A DNA stretch of 64,000 bases from sequence record NZ_CP124633.1; one strand, given 5' to 3'. A program made the position numbers and the translations under genes. Origin of the DNA: a plasmid. Below are positions 27,699 through 37,391 of the stretch, piece by piece (the first letter of the stretch is position 1; every line of letters begins with the position of its first letter). The notes under the pieces are model-generated. The model was not told the origin of the DNA. It ran no database searches and saw only the letters and a program-made list of their open reading frames with translations.

Positions 27699-29984
27699 TC
27701 ATGCTGCAATGAGTTGTCGTGCCAACGCCATCTCCACCGAATCTCCGTCTTGGTTCAATGAGTCGAGACCTGACTCGGGAACGTCTCCCGACGTGCTCTG
27801 AGCCACAGCGATCTTCTTGGCCATCAGTTGCAAGCAGGTGATCTGCGAGCTGCCGGCGTAGCCGAAGAACACCACCCGCACCGGGTGCCTCTGCCCGATC
27901 CGCCACGACCGCCGCGCGGCCTGCTGCAGGGTGTACACGTTGTATCCCGTCTGCAGGAACGCGATGGTCGGGAAGTCGAGCAAGTCCAGGCCGGTCTTCA
28001 CCAGTTCCGGGTTGGTGATCAGCACATCGATGCCGCGTTCAACCTGGTCGAGGATCCAGTCCTCGCGCCGAGAGGTAACGACCGAAGCACGTAGCACTGC
28101 CACCTTCAGCCCAGCCTGCTCGAGCACTTTCTTCAGCCTGGACGTGGTGTCGCGCGTTCCGCTGTAGACCGTGTAGGCCAGGACCTTGCGGCCCTTCGCT
28201 TTCTCCTCGAGGCAGAGGTCCAACAGCGCCTGTTCCTTTGGCATCAGTTGCTCGTCGCCGAAGATCGCTGGCACGAAGGCCAGTGTGTCCCGGGTTCGCG
28301 GATGCTTGACGATCTCCGGTCGGAAACAGCAGTCCGGCCAAGCCAGCAGCACGTTGAGGACCACGCCCAGGAGCGTGGTATCTCGTCGCGCCAGAGCCTG
28401 GCGGAGCTCCGCTGTCAGCGTGGCCGCCAGGCGCTGATAGGCCGAAGCCTGATCCGGCGCCATGGGCACGTCGACGAGCTCTTCCTGGTAGTCGGGCAGT
28501 ACGTTGCCGCCGATGTCCCTGAGCTTCAGGAACACGGTGAACGGCAATACGAAGCGGTGGATGCCCTTCGGGCCGAAGCCGGGAGCCTTCACCGTGCGTA
28601 CCGAGAGCTTCTTGCCCCGGGCTGTCTTGTGCGAGTCACCATCGCGTTCGGTGTAGATGTCCTTGAGCACGCCGTGGTCGCGCATGAACGACATGGCTGC
28701 TGGAGCCATGCTGCCACGCGCGTTGGGCCGGTAGCCGTCCTCGATCATGCGCTGGGTGAGGATGCGGAACAGGAGGTAGAACAGGTCGTCGGCGTAGCCG
28801 CCCATGAGCGTTCCGGTCAGCAGCACGGTTTTCCGTGCCTTGGCTGCGAGAACGCCCATGGCCTGGCCCTGGGCCGAACTGCTGTTCTTGTACTCATGCC
28901 CCTCATCCACCACCAGCAGGTCGAAGTAGCCATCAGGTAGGTAGCGCTTGATGAACTCGGTCGGTTGGTAGCCTCCTTCGCCGAAGCCGAACTCGATGTT
29001 CGCCATCGATCGCTCCATGCGTTTGGCCTGCCGATCGCTGAAGACGAAGTTGCCCTTGGCGTCCATCAGGTTGATGAACTCCGAGACGTTGTCCACCAAC
29101 ATCGTGGCCAGGAAGTCCTCGCCGAAGTCGTTCAGCAGGCGCTCCGCCCTGACCGGGCCGATGGTTGGAATCCGACACATCGACTTGAGGATCGTTGCGC
29201 GCCGGCTGCCGCCGTCAGGCTTGCCTGGCCGGATCAGCGTCCAGAGCGCCCCACGGCAGGAGGAACAGGTACGTCGACGGTCACCACGCTCGAACTCCTC
29301 CACCGTGACCAGGTTGCCTTCCAGGTCCTCAAGGACCTGGCCGCAATCCGGGCACGCAGCGAGCAATTGACCGCCAGCGGCGCGTTTCCTCCAGCAGGCG
29401 AGTCGCCAGTGGAAACCCATCCGCATCCGCACGCGGCCGAGGATGAAGAACTCCTGGCGCCCGTCGTAGGCGTCGCCCATCTGATCTCGCAGCTTGAGCA
29501 GCTTGAGTAGAGTATCTGGGCCGTTGAGTACCCAGACGCGGGCGCCTGGGATGGTCTCCAGTATCTCGCGGCGCCACTTGTAGACCAGGTGCGGCGGAGA
29601 GACGACCAGGGTCCGGCGATAGCCGGCCGCGTGCATGACCGCTGCGACAGCGATGGCCATCATGGTTTTCCCGGTGCCCATCTCGGCGTTGATGATCCCG
29701 GCCTGCTCGTTACGGTCCAGCAGCAGGGCGGTGATGGCCTGGACGACCTCGGCCTGGGCCGCGAAGGGCTTGCGCTTGAGTCGGTCCATCACCAACTGGC
29801 GGTGAGCGTTGTCGGATCCGGTATAGACCGGGGGGTTGGAGCGATTGAGCGACTCCAGGAGCTCGTCGCCGAACTCGTCGATGAAGTCGGTCAGGTTGAT
29901 GTTCAGGGGGAGGCGGCCAGGGCGGCCGGTTGGGTCAGAGCGTTCATGTGCATCTCCTGCAGGTGAAGGAAGAAAGCAGGGCAT
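27699..29984 (-). CDS. SNF2/DEAD-like superfamily-2 helicase with Zn-ribbon.
   Basis: Motifs AEMGTGKT, DEGHEYKN, and a helicase C-terminal QAARRSWRIGQ. CxxC...CxxC cluster. Confidence 0.85.
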   Translation of the reverse strand: MPCFLPSPAGDAHERSDPTGRPGRLPLNINLTDFIDEFGDELLESLNRSNPPVYTGSDNAHRQLVMDRLKRKPFAAQAEVVQAITALLLDRNEQAGIINAEMGTGKTMMAIAVAAVMHAAGYRRTLVVSPPHLVYKWRREILETIPGARVWVLNGPDTLLKLLKLRDQMGDAYDGRQEFFILGRVRMRMGFHWRLACWRKRAAGGQLLAACPDCGQVLEDLEGNLVTVEEFERGDRRRTCSSCRGALWTLIRPGKPDGGSRRATILKSMCRIPTIGPVRAERLLNDFGEDFLATMLVDNVSEFINLMDAKGNFVFSDRQAKRMERSMANIEFGFGEGGYQPTEFIKRYLPDGYFDLLVVDEGHEYKNSSSAQGQAMGVLAAKARKTVLLTGTLMGGYADDLFYLLFRILTQRMIEDGYRPNARGSMAPAAMSFMRDHGVLKDIYTERDGDSHKTARGKKLSVRTVKAPGFGPKGIHRFVLPFTVFLKLRDIGGNVLPDYQEELVDVPMAPDQASAYQRLAATLTAELRQALARRDTTLLGVVLNVLLAWPDCCFRPEIVKHPRTRDTLAFVPAIFGDEQLMPKEQALLDLCLEEKAKGRKVLAYTVYSGTRDTTSRLKKVLEQAGLKVAVLRASVVTSRREDWILDQVERGIDVLITNPELVKTGLDLLDFPTIAFLQTGYNVYTLQQAARRSWRIGQRHPVRVVFFGYAGSSQITCLQLMAKKIAVAQSTSGDVPESGLDSLNQDGDSVEMALARQLIAA

Positions 29985-30051
29985 GCACGTCCCTTTCGGG
30001 TATCGGCATACCCTGCAGGGTGGAGTGGAAGGAATCGCCGTGGGGGCGAGG

Positions 30052-31497
30052 TCAGTAGTCGCTGGGGAGCAACAGGGTGGTCGAACTGCGATCAGCCTCA
30101 GTGATGATCCAGAGCCTGGATTCGCCGCCGGCGTCGATGTCGTAGGACGACAGCAGCCGATCGCCGAACTTCAGGGCTCTCTGGTTGGTGTTCCAGTCTT
30201 CCTGGTCCAGCGTCCCCCAATCTCCCGCCAGATGGCGGTTCAGCAAGGGCGCTGGGTTGAGTTGACCGATTTCCACCAGGTGGCTAACGGCAGCGGTCAT
30301 TACGACCTGGCCAGGGTTGAACAGCAGCGGTTCCGGGGTAGGCTCAGGTTGGGGCTCTTCAGCTTCTTCCGTGGTTGCGGCCGAGGAGCTGATGGTCAGC
30401 ACGCGGCCCTGATTGACCGAGGAAGGTGTCATTTCCCATGCCCGGATGATCGGGATGAAACGGTCGGTGAGGATCCTCACCTCGGTGATGTTGCCGTCGT
30501 CGTCTTCGGTGAATTCGGTCTTGCGAACCTTGTCCTTGTAGGTGTCACCCTTCACGACCAGGATCCGGCCCGACTTCGATTGCACGACGCCGGATATCGC
30601 GCCGGCGGCCAAGGCCAGGGCCAGGTGCCAGCGAGACAGCTCGCGGACTGGTGGGCGCGGCTGCAGCCCCGCTTGCGCGAAGTGCAGGTTGAAGTCAGGC
30701 CAGAGACCTCGCAGCCGCTGGATTTCACCGGCGAACTGCTCCGGCTCCAGGGTTACTCGGTAGAAGTGCTCCAGCTCGCTGGTGGCCGGCAGAACCACGT
30801 AGGGTTCCCATGGCCAAGCCGCTGGAATTTCCTCGGCCTTTTCCTGGCCCGCGTCGATCGCCTGCAGGCGAGACCTCACCTGATTGGCGTCCGCCCGGGC
30901 CAGGTCCTGCCGACGGACCCGGATGCCGAAGATCACCACCTGCTTGAAGGTAGGATCCGCGGCTGCGTAGATGTGCAGGCCAGTGAAGTGGTTGCTCAGC
31001 CAGCCAGACAGCTCATCGTCCAAGACGTAGTGAGGAACAATCAGGACCATGACGCCGCCGTACTGCAGCAACGGCAGGCAGCGCTGGTAGAACGCTTTCT
31101 CCAGACGCCGGCGGCCGCTGCCCTGGTACTGCGACGCACCGGAGTGGTCCGCCACCAGGTCGCCATAAGGCGGGTTGAGCCAGAGCAGTCCGAACGACTG
31201 CCTGCTGATCATGGTGTCGAAAAGGTCACTGTGCAGCACTCGGTCAAGCAAGCCACGAGCGTGGTCGGCGCGCTCGCGGTCGTACTCGACAGCGAGGGCT
31301 TGGACCTGATCGCGGCCGAGGGTGTGCGCTGCCTCAGCCAGGGCAACCCCCTCACCGGCGCAGGGATCACAGATCCTCATTCTGCCCGACGGGGCAGGAG
31401 CGAGGGCCTGCAGAGCGCGTTCGAGGGTGACCTCATCGGTAGGGAAGTAGCCGTTGCGTGCAAAGTTGCGCGCCAAGCGCGGGAACATGAGGGCCAT
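30052..31497 (-). CDS. N6-adenine DNA methyltransferase (motif I DPCAGEG, motif IV NPPYG) with a C-terminal extension.
   Basis: AAGGAGG RBS. 481 aa. Directly upstream of the SNF2 helicase in the same operon. Confidence 0.8.
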   Translation of the reverse strand: MALMFPRLARNFARNGYFPTDEVTLERALQALAPAPSGRMRICDPCAGEGVALAEAAHTLGRDQVQALAVEYDRERADHARGLLDRVLHSDLFDTMISRQSFGLLWLNPPYGDLVADHSGASQYQGSGRRRLEKAFYQRCLPLLQYGGVMVLIVPHYVLDDELSGWLSNHFTGLHIYAAADPTFKQVVIFGIRVRRQDLARADANQVRSRLQAIDAGQEKAEEIPAAWPWEPYVVLPATSELEHFYRVTLEPEQFAGEIQRLRGLWPDFNLHFAQAGLQPRPPVRELSRWHLALALAAGAISGVVQSKSGRILVVKGDTYKDKVRKTEFTEDDDGNITEVRILTDRFIPIIRAWEMTPSSVNQGRVLTISSSAATTEEAEEPQPEPTPEPLLFNPGQVVMTAAVSHLVEIGQLNPAPLLNRHLAGDWGTLDQEDWNTNQRALKFGDRLLSSYDIDAGGESRLWIITEADRSSTTLLLPSDY

Positions 31498-31687
31498 GGG
31501 GCCTCCTTGAGTCTGAGAGGGATGGCTCAGGCTTGCGCCTGAGCATCGGTGGTAAGAATGCTTTCGCGGATCAGCTCACCGAGGGTGGGCTCGAGCACGT
31601 CGACCCGCAGGGCGAGTCGCCAGGCGCAGACGTTGCCGATCGTCCCGGGTAGGGCCGTCAACATCTGGTGCTGGGTGAGGACCTCCA

Positions 31688-32131
31688 TCACCGGCTCGCG
31701 CCAGTGCTGCAGGAGGGGAGCGGACAGGTTTCCATCACCAGCGGCCAGAGCCTCTGGTGTGGATCCTCATCGCGCTGCAGGAGTGCGAAGGCGAGGTGAT
31801 TGCCTCGGTCGGGCGCCGAGGCGCGCCGATCGAACAGCCAAAGATTGAGCAGGCTGCCGAACAACGTGCCGCGGAACTGGCGGGTGGTGCGTTTCTCCAG
31901 GAGATCCTGGTTTGGGAAGACAGGTAAGCGGCGGCCGTCCACGATGATGTGGAAATGGTCGATGCCATTTTCTTCCCGGCCCAGCGTCAGCCTGGCCAGG
32001 AACTCTTGTGTCACGGTGTCGCGGCCCCAGGCCGAAAGAAAGACCAGGTTGCGCTGCTCGTCGCACACGCAGGCGTCGACGTACAGGTCTGGGCACTCTT
32101 CGATCTGGTAGAGCGGGGTGGGACTGGGCAT
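31688..32131 (-). CDS. Hypothetical protein (147 aa); C-terminus uncertain.
   Basis: RBS CCAGGAGGTTCC. An alternative frame opens after about residue 125. Confidence 0.4.
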   Translation of the reverse strand: MPSPTPLYQIEECPDLYVDACVCDEQRNLVFLSAWGRDTVTQEFLARLTLGREENGIDHFHIIVDGRRLPVFPNQDLLEKRTTRQFRGTLFGSLLNLWLFDRRASAPDRGNHLAFALLQRDEDPHQRLWPLVMETCPLPSCSTGASR

Positions 32132-32222
32132 AGGAACCTCCTGGAAGGAGGAGCCACGCCGCCCTCAAGGGGCGGTGAAGCCCCTCGGGGTGTAGTCCAA
32201 CTGGTGCAGGGGAGCGTGGTGG

Positions 32223-32477
32223 CTACCGAACGCTCTTGGTGTGAGGGTCGAACCTGAGCCCATCGGCTTGGTGCAGCGGCCCTTGGCCGATCAGGAAGAC
32301 CTGGCAGAGGTACTGATCGCGTAGCGCGACAGCCGCTTCCGCCTGCTCCAAGGTCAGCGACAGCTCCTCGATGAACAGGTCGATGAGCTCGTCGTCGCCG
32401 GCGACGTCGTTGTTGGACAGTTGATCCTCGAGGTAGGCGAGGGTTTCCTGGGTGAGGTTGGTGAACAGTGGGTTCAT
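32223..32477 (-). CDS. Small acidic hypothetical protein (84 aa).
   Basis: RBS CAGGAGCACACC before the ATG. Confidence 0.5.
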   Translation of the reverse strand: MNPLFTNLTQETLAYLEDQLSNNDVAGDDELIDLFIEELSLTLEQAEAAVALRDQYLCQVFLIGQGPLHQADGLRFDPHTKSVR

Positions 32478-32544
32478 GGTGTGCTCCTGGTGGTAGACGA
32501 GGAGCGCCCTTGAGGGAGCCCCTCAAGGGAAGTGGTTGGTGCGG

Positions 32545-32907
32545 TCAGGCTTGGTGTTCTTGCGTCAGACGGTCTCGCCACTCCTGGTTGGTCTCATCGT
32601 GAGCCAGATCCAGGAACTCCAGCGGACAGCCGTAGTAGAACGGGCCTGCTTTCTCCGGAATGGTCTTGTAGCCCCATTGCCCGGCCGAGCAGTCCAGCAA
32701 GTGCAGCTCGATCATGGTGATCGAGTGACCGGCCGGCTTGCCGAAATAGAATCCGGCAAGGTGGAAGGTTCGTTTTACGACAGTCCAAAGTTCATTGCCG
32801 GAGACTGCGTGTGCCAGCACCTCGGTGCTGCCTGCGAAGGTACTGGTTGGGGCCAGCAGCTCACGCAGCAGGTCTTCCTTCGTCTGATGTGAGAAAAGCC
32901 ATCCCAT
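32545..32907 (-). CDS. Hypothetical protein (120 aa).
   Basis: RBS CAGGAGCACACC before the ATG. Confidence 0.5.
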   Translation of the reverse strand: MGWLFSHQTKEDLLRELLAPTSTFAGSTEVLAHAVSGNELWTVVKRTFHLAGFYFGKPAGHSITMIELHLLDCSAGQWGYKTIPEKAGPFYYGCPLEFLDLAHDETNQEWRDRLTQEHQA

Positions 32908-33009
32908 AGGTGTGCTCCTGTGGTTGGCCAGGTCTCCCTGACGGGAGAACCCGGCAGGGGTGGGTAGGGTGTTGCTTCAGCGTGTTGCGCGCTCAAGGCG
33001 CTGGAGGAG

Positions 33010-33801
33010 TCAGCTGGTTGACAGAGCAACGCCAATAGCAGCAGCGCTTACAGCCATTGCGCTGATAGCCTGGTGGGTGGAACAGGTTGTAGTAGCACTC
33101 CGGGCTGCCGTGCGGCGCTCGTAGTCATCGTCTAGCGACTGATTGACCCCGGCTTTGGCTCCAACATGGAGAGGGCACGCTTTGCGGGTCCACACTTGTT
33201 TTTTGAAGTCGAGCTCATAGCCCAGCGCGCCGAGTCGCACACATTGTTGGCGTAGTCGCTTGCGGTCGACCGTGGTGTCCAGCTTGACGATTTCGCCTAG
33301 CGGCCAGACCGTCCCGAACAGTTCTGCATCTGCGTCTGTGTCCAGAGTGGCGGCCTGCTCTGCAGGAGCCGGAGGGTCCATACCGAAAGGCGCGTCGTCC
33401 CCGGTTGCAGCGGGGCGCAGAGGCTTCGGTTTCTGGGGCGACTTCGGCGGTGCCGCCGGTGCGGCAGTGGGTTGCTGGATCGCGGGCACTTCGTCGAGCG
33501 GATCCACCTCATTGCCAGAGAGACGCTCTGCCTCCTCGTCGCTGAGGTTGTCCACGTCGTCCAGAGTCATGCTGTCGAGCTTCGCGCGGATCTCGACGAC
33601 CAGCCGGCCGCCGGTGGTGTAGTAGGAGGGACGGATCTCGGTGATGGCGAAATCACCGCGGTACTTGCCTTCGATGTGCTGGTCCAGGAGAGCGTCCTTG
33701 ATGACGAACTCCCCGATCGAGGTCGAGAGCTTTCCCACGTTGAACTCGCCATTGCGACCGTTGATGGTTCGAATGGCCAACTGGCCGGGTATGTTGATCA
33801 T
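33010..33801 (-). CDS. DUF3275-like ICE protein with an acidic/Pro-rich linker.
   Basis: Proposed start MINIPGQLAIRTINGRNGEFNVGKL at 33799-33801. The track start at 33924 adds an Arg/Ser-rich extension. Confidence 0.5.
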   Translation of the reverse strand: MINIPGQLAIRTINGRNGEFNVGKLSTSIGEFVIKDALLDQHIEGKYRGDFAITEIRPSYYTTGGRLVVEIRAKLDSMTLDDVDNLSDEEAERLSGNEVDPLDEVPAIQQPTAAPAAPPKSPQKPKPLRPAATGDDAPFGMDPPAPAEQAATLDTDADAELFGTVWPLGEIVKLDTTVDRKRLRQQCVRLGALGYELDFKKQVWTRKACPLHVGAKAGVNQSLDDDYERRTAARSATTTCSTHQAISAMAVSAAAIGVALSTS

Positions 33802-33856
33802 GGCGTGACCTGCGAAAAGGATGATCCCGCCGAAGCGGGATCGTGGTGAGGGAGAA

Positions 33857-34207
33857 CTACTCGGTATCCGGGTTGCCCTGGAGGCTTTCTTCCTGCAGCT
33901 CGATGCGCAGGTAGGAAGGCTCATCGGACGGCTCGACTATCGAGAGGACCAGCAGCGCGAGCGCGCGGTCCTGCCCCTCTTCCTCCTTGTGGTACAGGTG
34001 GAATTGGATGTGCTTCGCGGTCGGCTGGAGCGAAAGCTCCTGCCAGGCGGTTTGAACGACACTGGCCAGCCGGGTGCCCATCTCGTCGACCCTGGCAGGG
34101 TTGGCGAGATAGACCAGGCGCAGCCAGGCCGCGTTGGTGAGAACGATCGGGAGTTTGAGGTACGCAGCAGTGTGACCTGCGCTGGAGTGGTTGTTGAGAG
34201 AGGTCAT
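33857..34207 (-). CDS. Hypothetical protein (116 aa).
   Basis: GGAG RBS. Confidence 0.5.
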   Translation of the reverse strand: MTSLNNHSSAGHTAAYLKLPIVLTNAAWLRLVYLANPARVDEMGTRLASVVQTAWQELSLQPTAKHIQFHLYHKEEEGQDRALALLVLSIVEPSDEPSYLRIELQEESLQGNPDTE

Positions 34208-34442
34208 GAGAGGTCTCCGAATACGCAGGCCTCTCCCGCGGGGATGAGGTCCCCGCGTGGGTGGGTAGGATGCACTCCATCACTTGCGTGATGCGACCGC
34301 GCTGCCGAGTGCTGTGGCGGTCTTGGGTGGGTTAGCGCTTGCGCGCCGGAGCCTTAAACCCTGGCTCCTTGGGAGGCGCTGTCAACGACAGCGAGCCAAT
34401 TCGAATTCGGGGGCTGGCGGGATTTCCCGCCGGCCGGATTGC

Positions 34443-35150
34443 TCAATCGTCATAAAGCGGCAGGCCCTTGAGCGTGGGCGCGAATGGATCAAGTACCAGG
34501 AGCCGGATGTCTGCTTGTCCCGCGAGGTGAAGCAGATCGACCAGGTGTTCGTCGAGGCCGAAGTCAAGCTGTTCTTGTCGAAGAGCGGCTGCGGTCATCT
34601 CCAGGATCTCCAGACACTCATCCGTCCAAGGGGTGTTGTGCAAGCGAAAGCCCACGGCACCGTGCTCGTTACACCAGAAGAGCGATACCAACACCGAGGG
34701 CAAGCGGATTGGCATCTTGGTCGAGAACCTTTCGTAGAGGCTATTCCACGCCCTGATGGGTAGATGTGTTTTTCTGATCTCCCAGCAGCGGTTATAACCG
34801 CCGCCGAACGAAAGGTATCGAACGACACTCTCGGCTTCGGTCAGTGAGTATTGATCTCCGATAAGCTTTTTTCTGCCGTCCTGCTCACCGTAGATGCTGT
34901 AAAGTACGTTTCTCACTATTCCTTGGTGAGGGCATTTTTCAACTCTTTCATCGTCTAAGTCTTGGGTTACCACGGCGAAATCGCCATTGAAGTAGCACTG
35001 CTCGCACTGAAAATATTCGTCTGGGAGGTGCTGCTGGGTTTCATGCAGTGCGCGGTAGCACGGTAGATTGTCGCCTTCGTCAGTGATCTGCAGGTTTCGC
35101 TCGATGCGGAAACTCTCATAGCCGCGAATAAACGGATTGAGTTGAGTCAT
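34443..35150 (-). CDS. Hypothetical protein (235 aa), lower GC.
   Basis: RBS CCGGAGATACCCC. Multiple Cys and His residues. Confidence 0.5.
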   Translation of the reverse strand: MTQLNPFIRGYESFRIERNLQITDEGDNLPCYRALHETQQHLPDEYFQCEQCYFNGDFAVVTQDLDDERVEKCPHQGIVRNVLYSIYGEQDGRKKLIGDQYSLTEAESVVRYLSFGGGYNRCWEIRKTHLPIRAWNSLYERFSTKMPIRLPSVLVSLFWCNEHGAVGFRLHNTPWTDECLEILEMTAAALRQEQLDFGLDEHLVDLLHLAGQADIRLLVLDPFAPTLKGLPLYDD

Positions 35151-35250
35151 GGGGTATCTCCGGTTGCCGGGAAGCCCATGCCCTTGGAGGCTATGGACCT
35201 CCAGGTGAGTAGGGGCGCCGAAGCGCCCAGGTGATGTCGAGTTGTTGTAG

Positions 35251-35541
35251 TTAACGCGATAGGTGTTCTTCTTTACGCCGAGCCTTCTGGTATCGCTCTA
35301 CCAGGCCATAGTATTGAAGTACCGGTGATGTGCTCGAGTCGCAACCATGCTCACAGTCGGCCTGCGCCAAAGCTTCGATTGCATCTTGAATTACATAGAG
35401 CTCGATACTGAGTCCTGCATCGCCAAACTCATCAACCAAGCCTTTGCACAGAATGTACTCGAACTTGCTTTGTGCGGCTTGTACTCCGATGTTGAGTAGA
35501 GCTGGGAGCCTTTCTGGGTATGTGTTCATGGTGAGTTCCAA
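35251..35541 (-). CDS. Hypothetical protein (96 aa).
   Basis: ORF preceded by leader-element copy D. Confidence 0.4.
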   Translation of the reverse strand: MELTMNTYPERLPALLNIGVQAAQSKFEYILCKGLVDEFGDAGLSIELYVIQDAIEALAQADCEHGCDSSTSPVLQYYGLVERYQKARRKEEHLSR

Positions 35542-35633
35542 TTCGTAATCAAATCGGAGAGGTCACCTCCCAACAGGGGTGATGACCCCGTCTGGGTTGA
35601 ATTAGAAGATGAACATGGGCAAAAGGGTAAAGC

Positions 35634-35831
35634 TTAATATTCCCGTTGCGTCCAAGTACCGTTGTCTAATGCCTGTTGAGCAAGATCGCGGGAGGGGTAA
35701 TATTCAACCGACTCGCGCGAGGCTGGTCCTTCTTCATCAAGGGTGCCGATATAGAAGCCGGCGTTGGACATAAGAACCTGCAGCGGCAGTTCGAGACGAA
35801 GATGGGCGAGTGCCCGCTTTCCGTATTGCAT
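35634..35831 (-). CDS. Small hypothetical protein (65 aa).
   Basis: Start MQYGKRAL at 35829-35831 with RBS AAAGGAGAATCACC. Preceded by leader copy E. Confidence 0.5.
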   Translation of the reverse strand: MQYGKRALAHLRLELPLQVLMSNAGFYIGTLDEEGPASRESVEYYPSRDLAQQALDNGTWTQREY

Positions 35832-35904
35832 GGTGATTCTCCTTTCGGTAGGAAACACCAGTCCCAAGGGGACTGAGGTCCCCTAAATGGGAAATGTTTG
35901 GCGG

Positions 35905-36063
35905 TTAGGCCAGGGCAGATACCTGGGCATTGTTGCTGGCTAGGAACAGCCAGGCGAAGTTGCAGAAATGCCTGCTGAGCAGCAACTCGTCCTCGATGTC
36001 AGAGAGGCAAACTTCCTCTACTTCCGGCAGGGCGGGCAGATCTACGATTTGGATATTGCTCAT
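35905..36063 (-). CDS. Small acidic protein (52 aa).
   Basis: Start MSNIQIVDL with RBS CTGGAGATCATC. Preceded by leader copy C. Confidence 0.4.
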   Translation of the reverse strand: MSNIQIVDLPALPEVEEVCLSDIEDELLLSRHFCNFAWLFLASNNAQVSALA

Positions 36064-36200
36064 GATGATCTCCAGATAATGGAGAACACCACGCCCTGGG
36101 GGAGATGGTGCCCCCCGGATGGGTATGCGATGAAGAGTGGCGCATAGCGTAGGTAGTGAAAGGCCCTCGGGATGAGGGCCGGTATTCAATCAAGCCGTGC

Positions 36201-36680
36201 TCAAGCAGCGGCTTGTTCAGCAGGGGCTGCGGGTTCACCTTGCGGTTCGCCTTGGCCTTGCTGGGCTTTTTCAGCTTCTTCCTTCGCATCGTAGACGGTG
36301 GTGCCATCTACTTTGATCCAGGAGATGAAGAGCAGCCGGCCTTTGAGACTTGCGTCGGGCCTGCCTTGTTTCTCGCCTTTCTGGTGGATGAAGGGATCCG
36401 CCCAGATATCGCCGATACGGAAGGAAATCAGAACCTTCTTCTTGGCCTCGACTGCTTCCTTGCAACGGCGGACAAGCTTTTCAGCCTGGGCGCCGACCAC
36501 TTTGCAGTCGATGTAGGAGTATTCCACGCTGTCTGCCGCGCCATGGAGGGCTGCGACGGTTACGGCGAGGAACGGTTCACCTCGGCGGATCGGTACTTCG
36601 CGGATGCGATTGAGGTAGCCGATACCGGTGGTGTGCAGGTCGAAATATTTGGCTTCTTGGGCTTGGGTGTTGTTGCTCAT
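36201..36680 (-). CDS. STY4534/DUF3577-like ICE protein (159 aa).
   Basis: Start MSNNTQAQEAKYFDLHTTGIGYLNRIREV at 36678-36680 with a GGAG RBS. Lys/Glu-rich C-terminus. Preceded by leader copy A. Confidence 0.5.
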   Translation of the reverse strand: MSNNTQAQEAKYFDLHTTGIGYLNRIREVPIRRGEPFLAVTVAALHGAADSVEYSYIDCKVVGAQAEKLVRRCKEAVEAKKKVLISFRIGDIWADPFIHQKGEKQGRPDASLKGRLLFISWIKVDGTTVYDAKEEAEKAQQGQGEPQGEPAAPAEQAAA

Positions 36681-36967
36681 GATGGTTCTCCAGTTTCGTA
36701 AGCGAAAGCGGAGAAACACCTTGCCCGTCAGGGAAAAGTATTCCCCGCATGGGTCGGTATTGGGAGGTAAATCTGAGGGAGAGGGCTTCCATCAACCTGT
36801 GGTTGATTGATCGCGCTACCGGAAGCTGGTGCGATCTTGGGTTCGATCTACACGGAAGTCCGTGTCGTAGTCTTTCAGATCATGACTACTGGGGGAGGGT
36901 TGCCGACAACGTCAGCAGCTCACGGGGTAAAGGATGGGCAGGGGAAAAATGAATGTCAATACCCTTG

Positions 36968-36998
36968 AAATGAAAAAAGCGCCCAGTGTTGGGCGCTT
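36968..36998 (-). terminator. Rho-independent terminator after the two tiny TM genes.
   Basis: Minus-strand stem GCGCCCA / TGGGCGC with loop ACAC, followed by TTTTTTCATTTC. Confidence 0.75.
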
Positions 36999-37004
36999 TC
37001 ATGG

Positions 37005-37139
37005 TCAATGATGACGGGGAAGAATCCGATGTTTTTGGCACCAGGTCTTGACTTGAGGCCAACTGAACCAGAGGGCTATGCCGGAGCAGATAACCACCAG
37101 GCTGGTCATGATGATCATGCCGAACTCGGTCTGGGACAT
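37005..37139 (-). CDS. Tiny membrane protein (44 aa).
   Basis: RBS GGAGGAGGAG immediately upstream. One TM helix. Below the ORF-track length cutoff. Confidence 0.35.
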   Translation of the reverse strand: MSQTEFGMIIMTSLVVICSGIALWFSWPQVKTWCQKHRILPRHH

Positions 37140-37140
37140 T

Positions 37141-37317
37141 TCACTCCTCCTCCTCGGTGAGAGCGATACCTATGAGCCAGATTACCATACCCATGACGAA
37201 AGCATATGCCGTCAGCAAGCGGTGCTCGCTGAGGAAGATGCCCACCAGGCTCGCCGCAACGGCAGTGGTACCGATTTTTCGTAGATCGTCTGCGAATGCA
37301 GCACGCTTCGATTTCAT
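37141..37317 (-). CDS. Tiny membrane protein (58 aa).
   Basis: RBS GAGGAAAACC. One TM helix and a poly-Glu tail. Confidence 0.35.
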   Translation of the reverse strand: MKSKRAAFADDLRKIGTTAVAASLVGIFLSEHRLLTAYAFVMGMVIWLIGIALTEEEE

Positions 37318-37391
37318 GGTTTTCCTCGATGAATGCCGGAAAACCGTCCCCGCGGGAAGGTTTCCCGGCAGGGGTTGGTGAGAGGTACGGA

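Noticed and set aside
31540-31760. Alternative small ORF (...MEVLTQHQMLTALPGTIGNVCAWRLALRVDVLEPTLGELIRESILTTDAQAQA)
   Set aside because: Open frames are abundant here. It has no RBS and no independent support. It is noted only as a possible C-terminal frame for gene 31688..32131.
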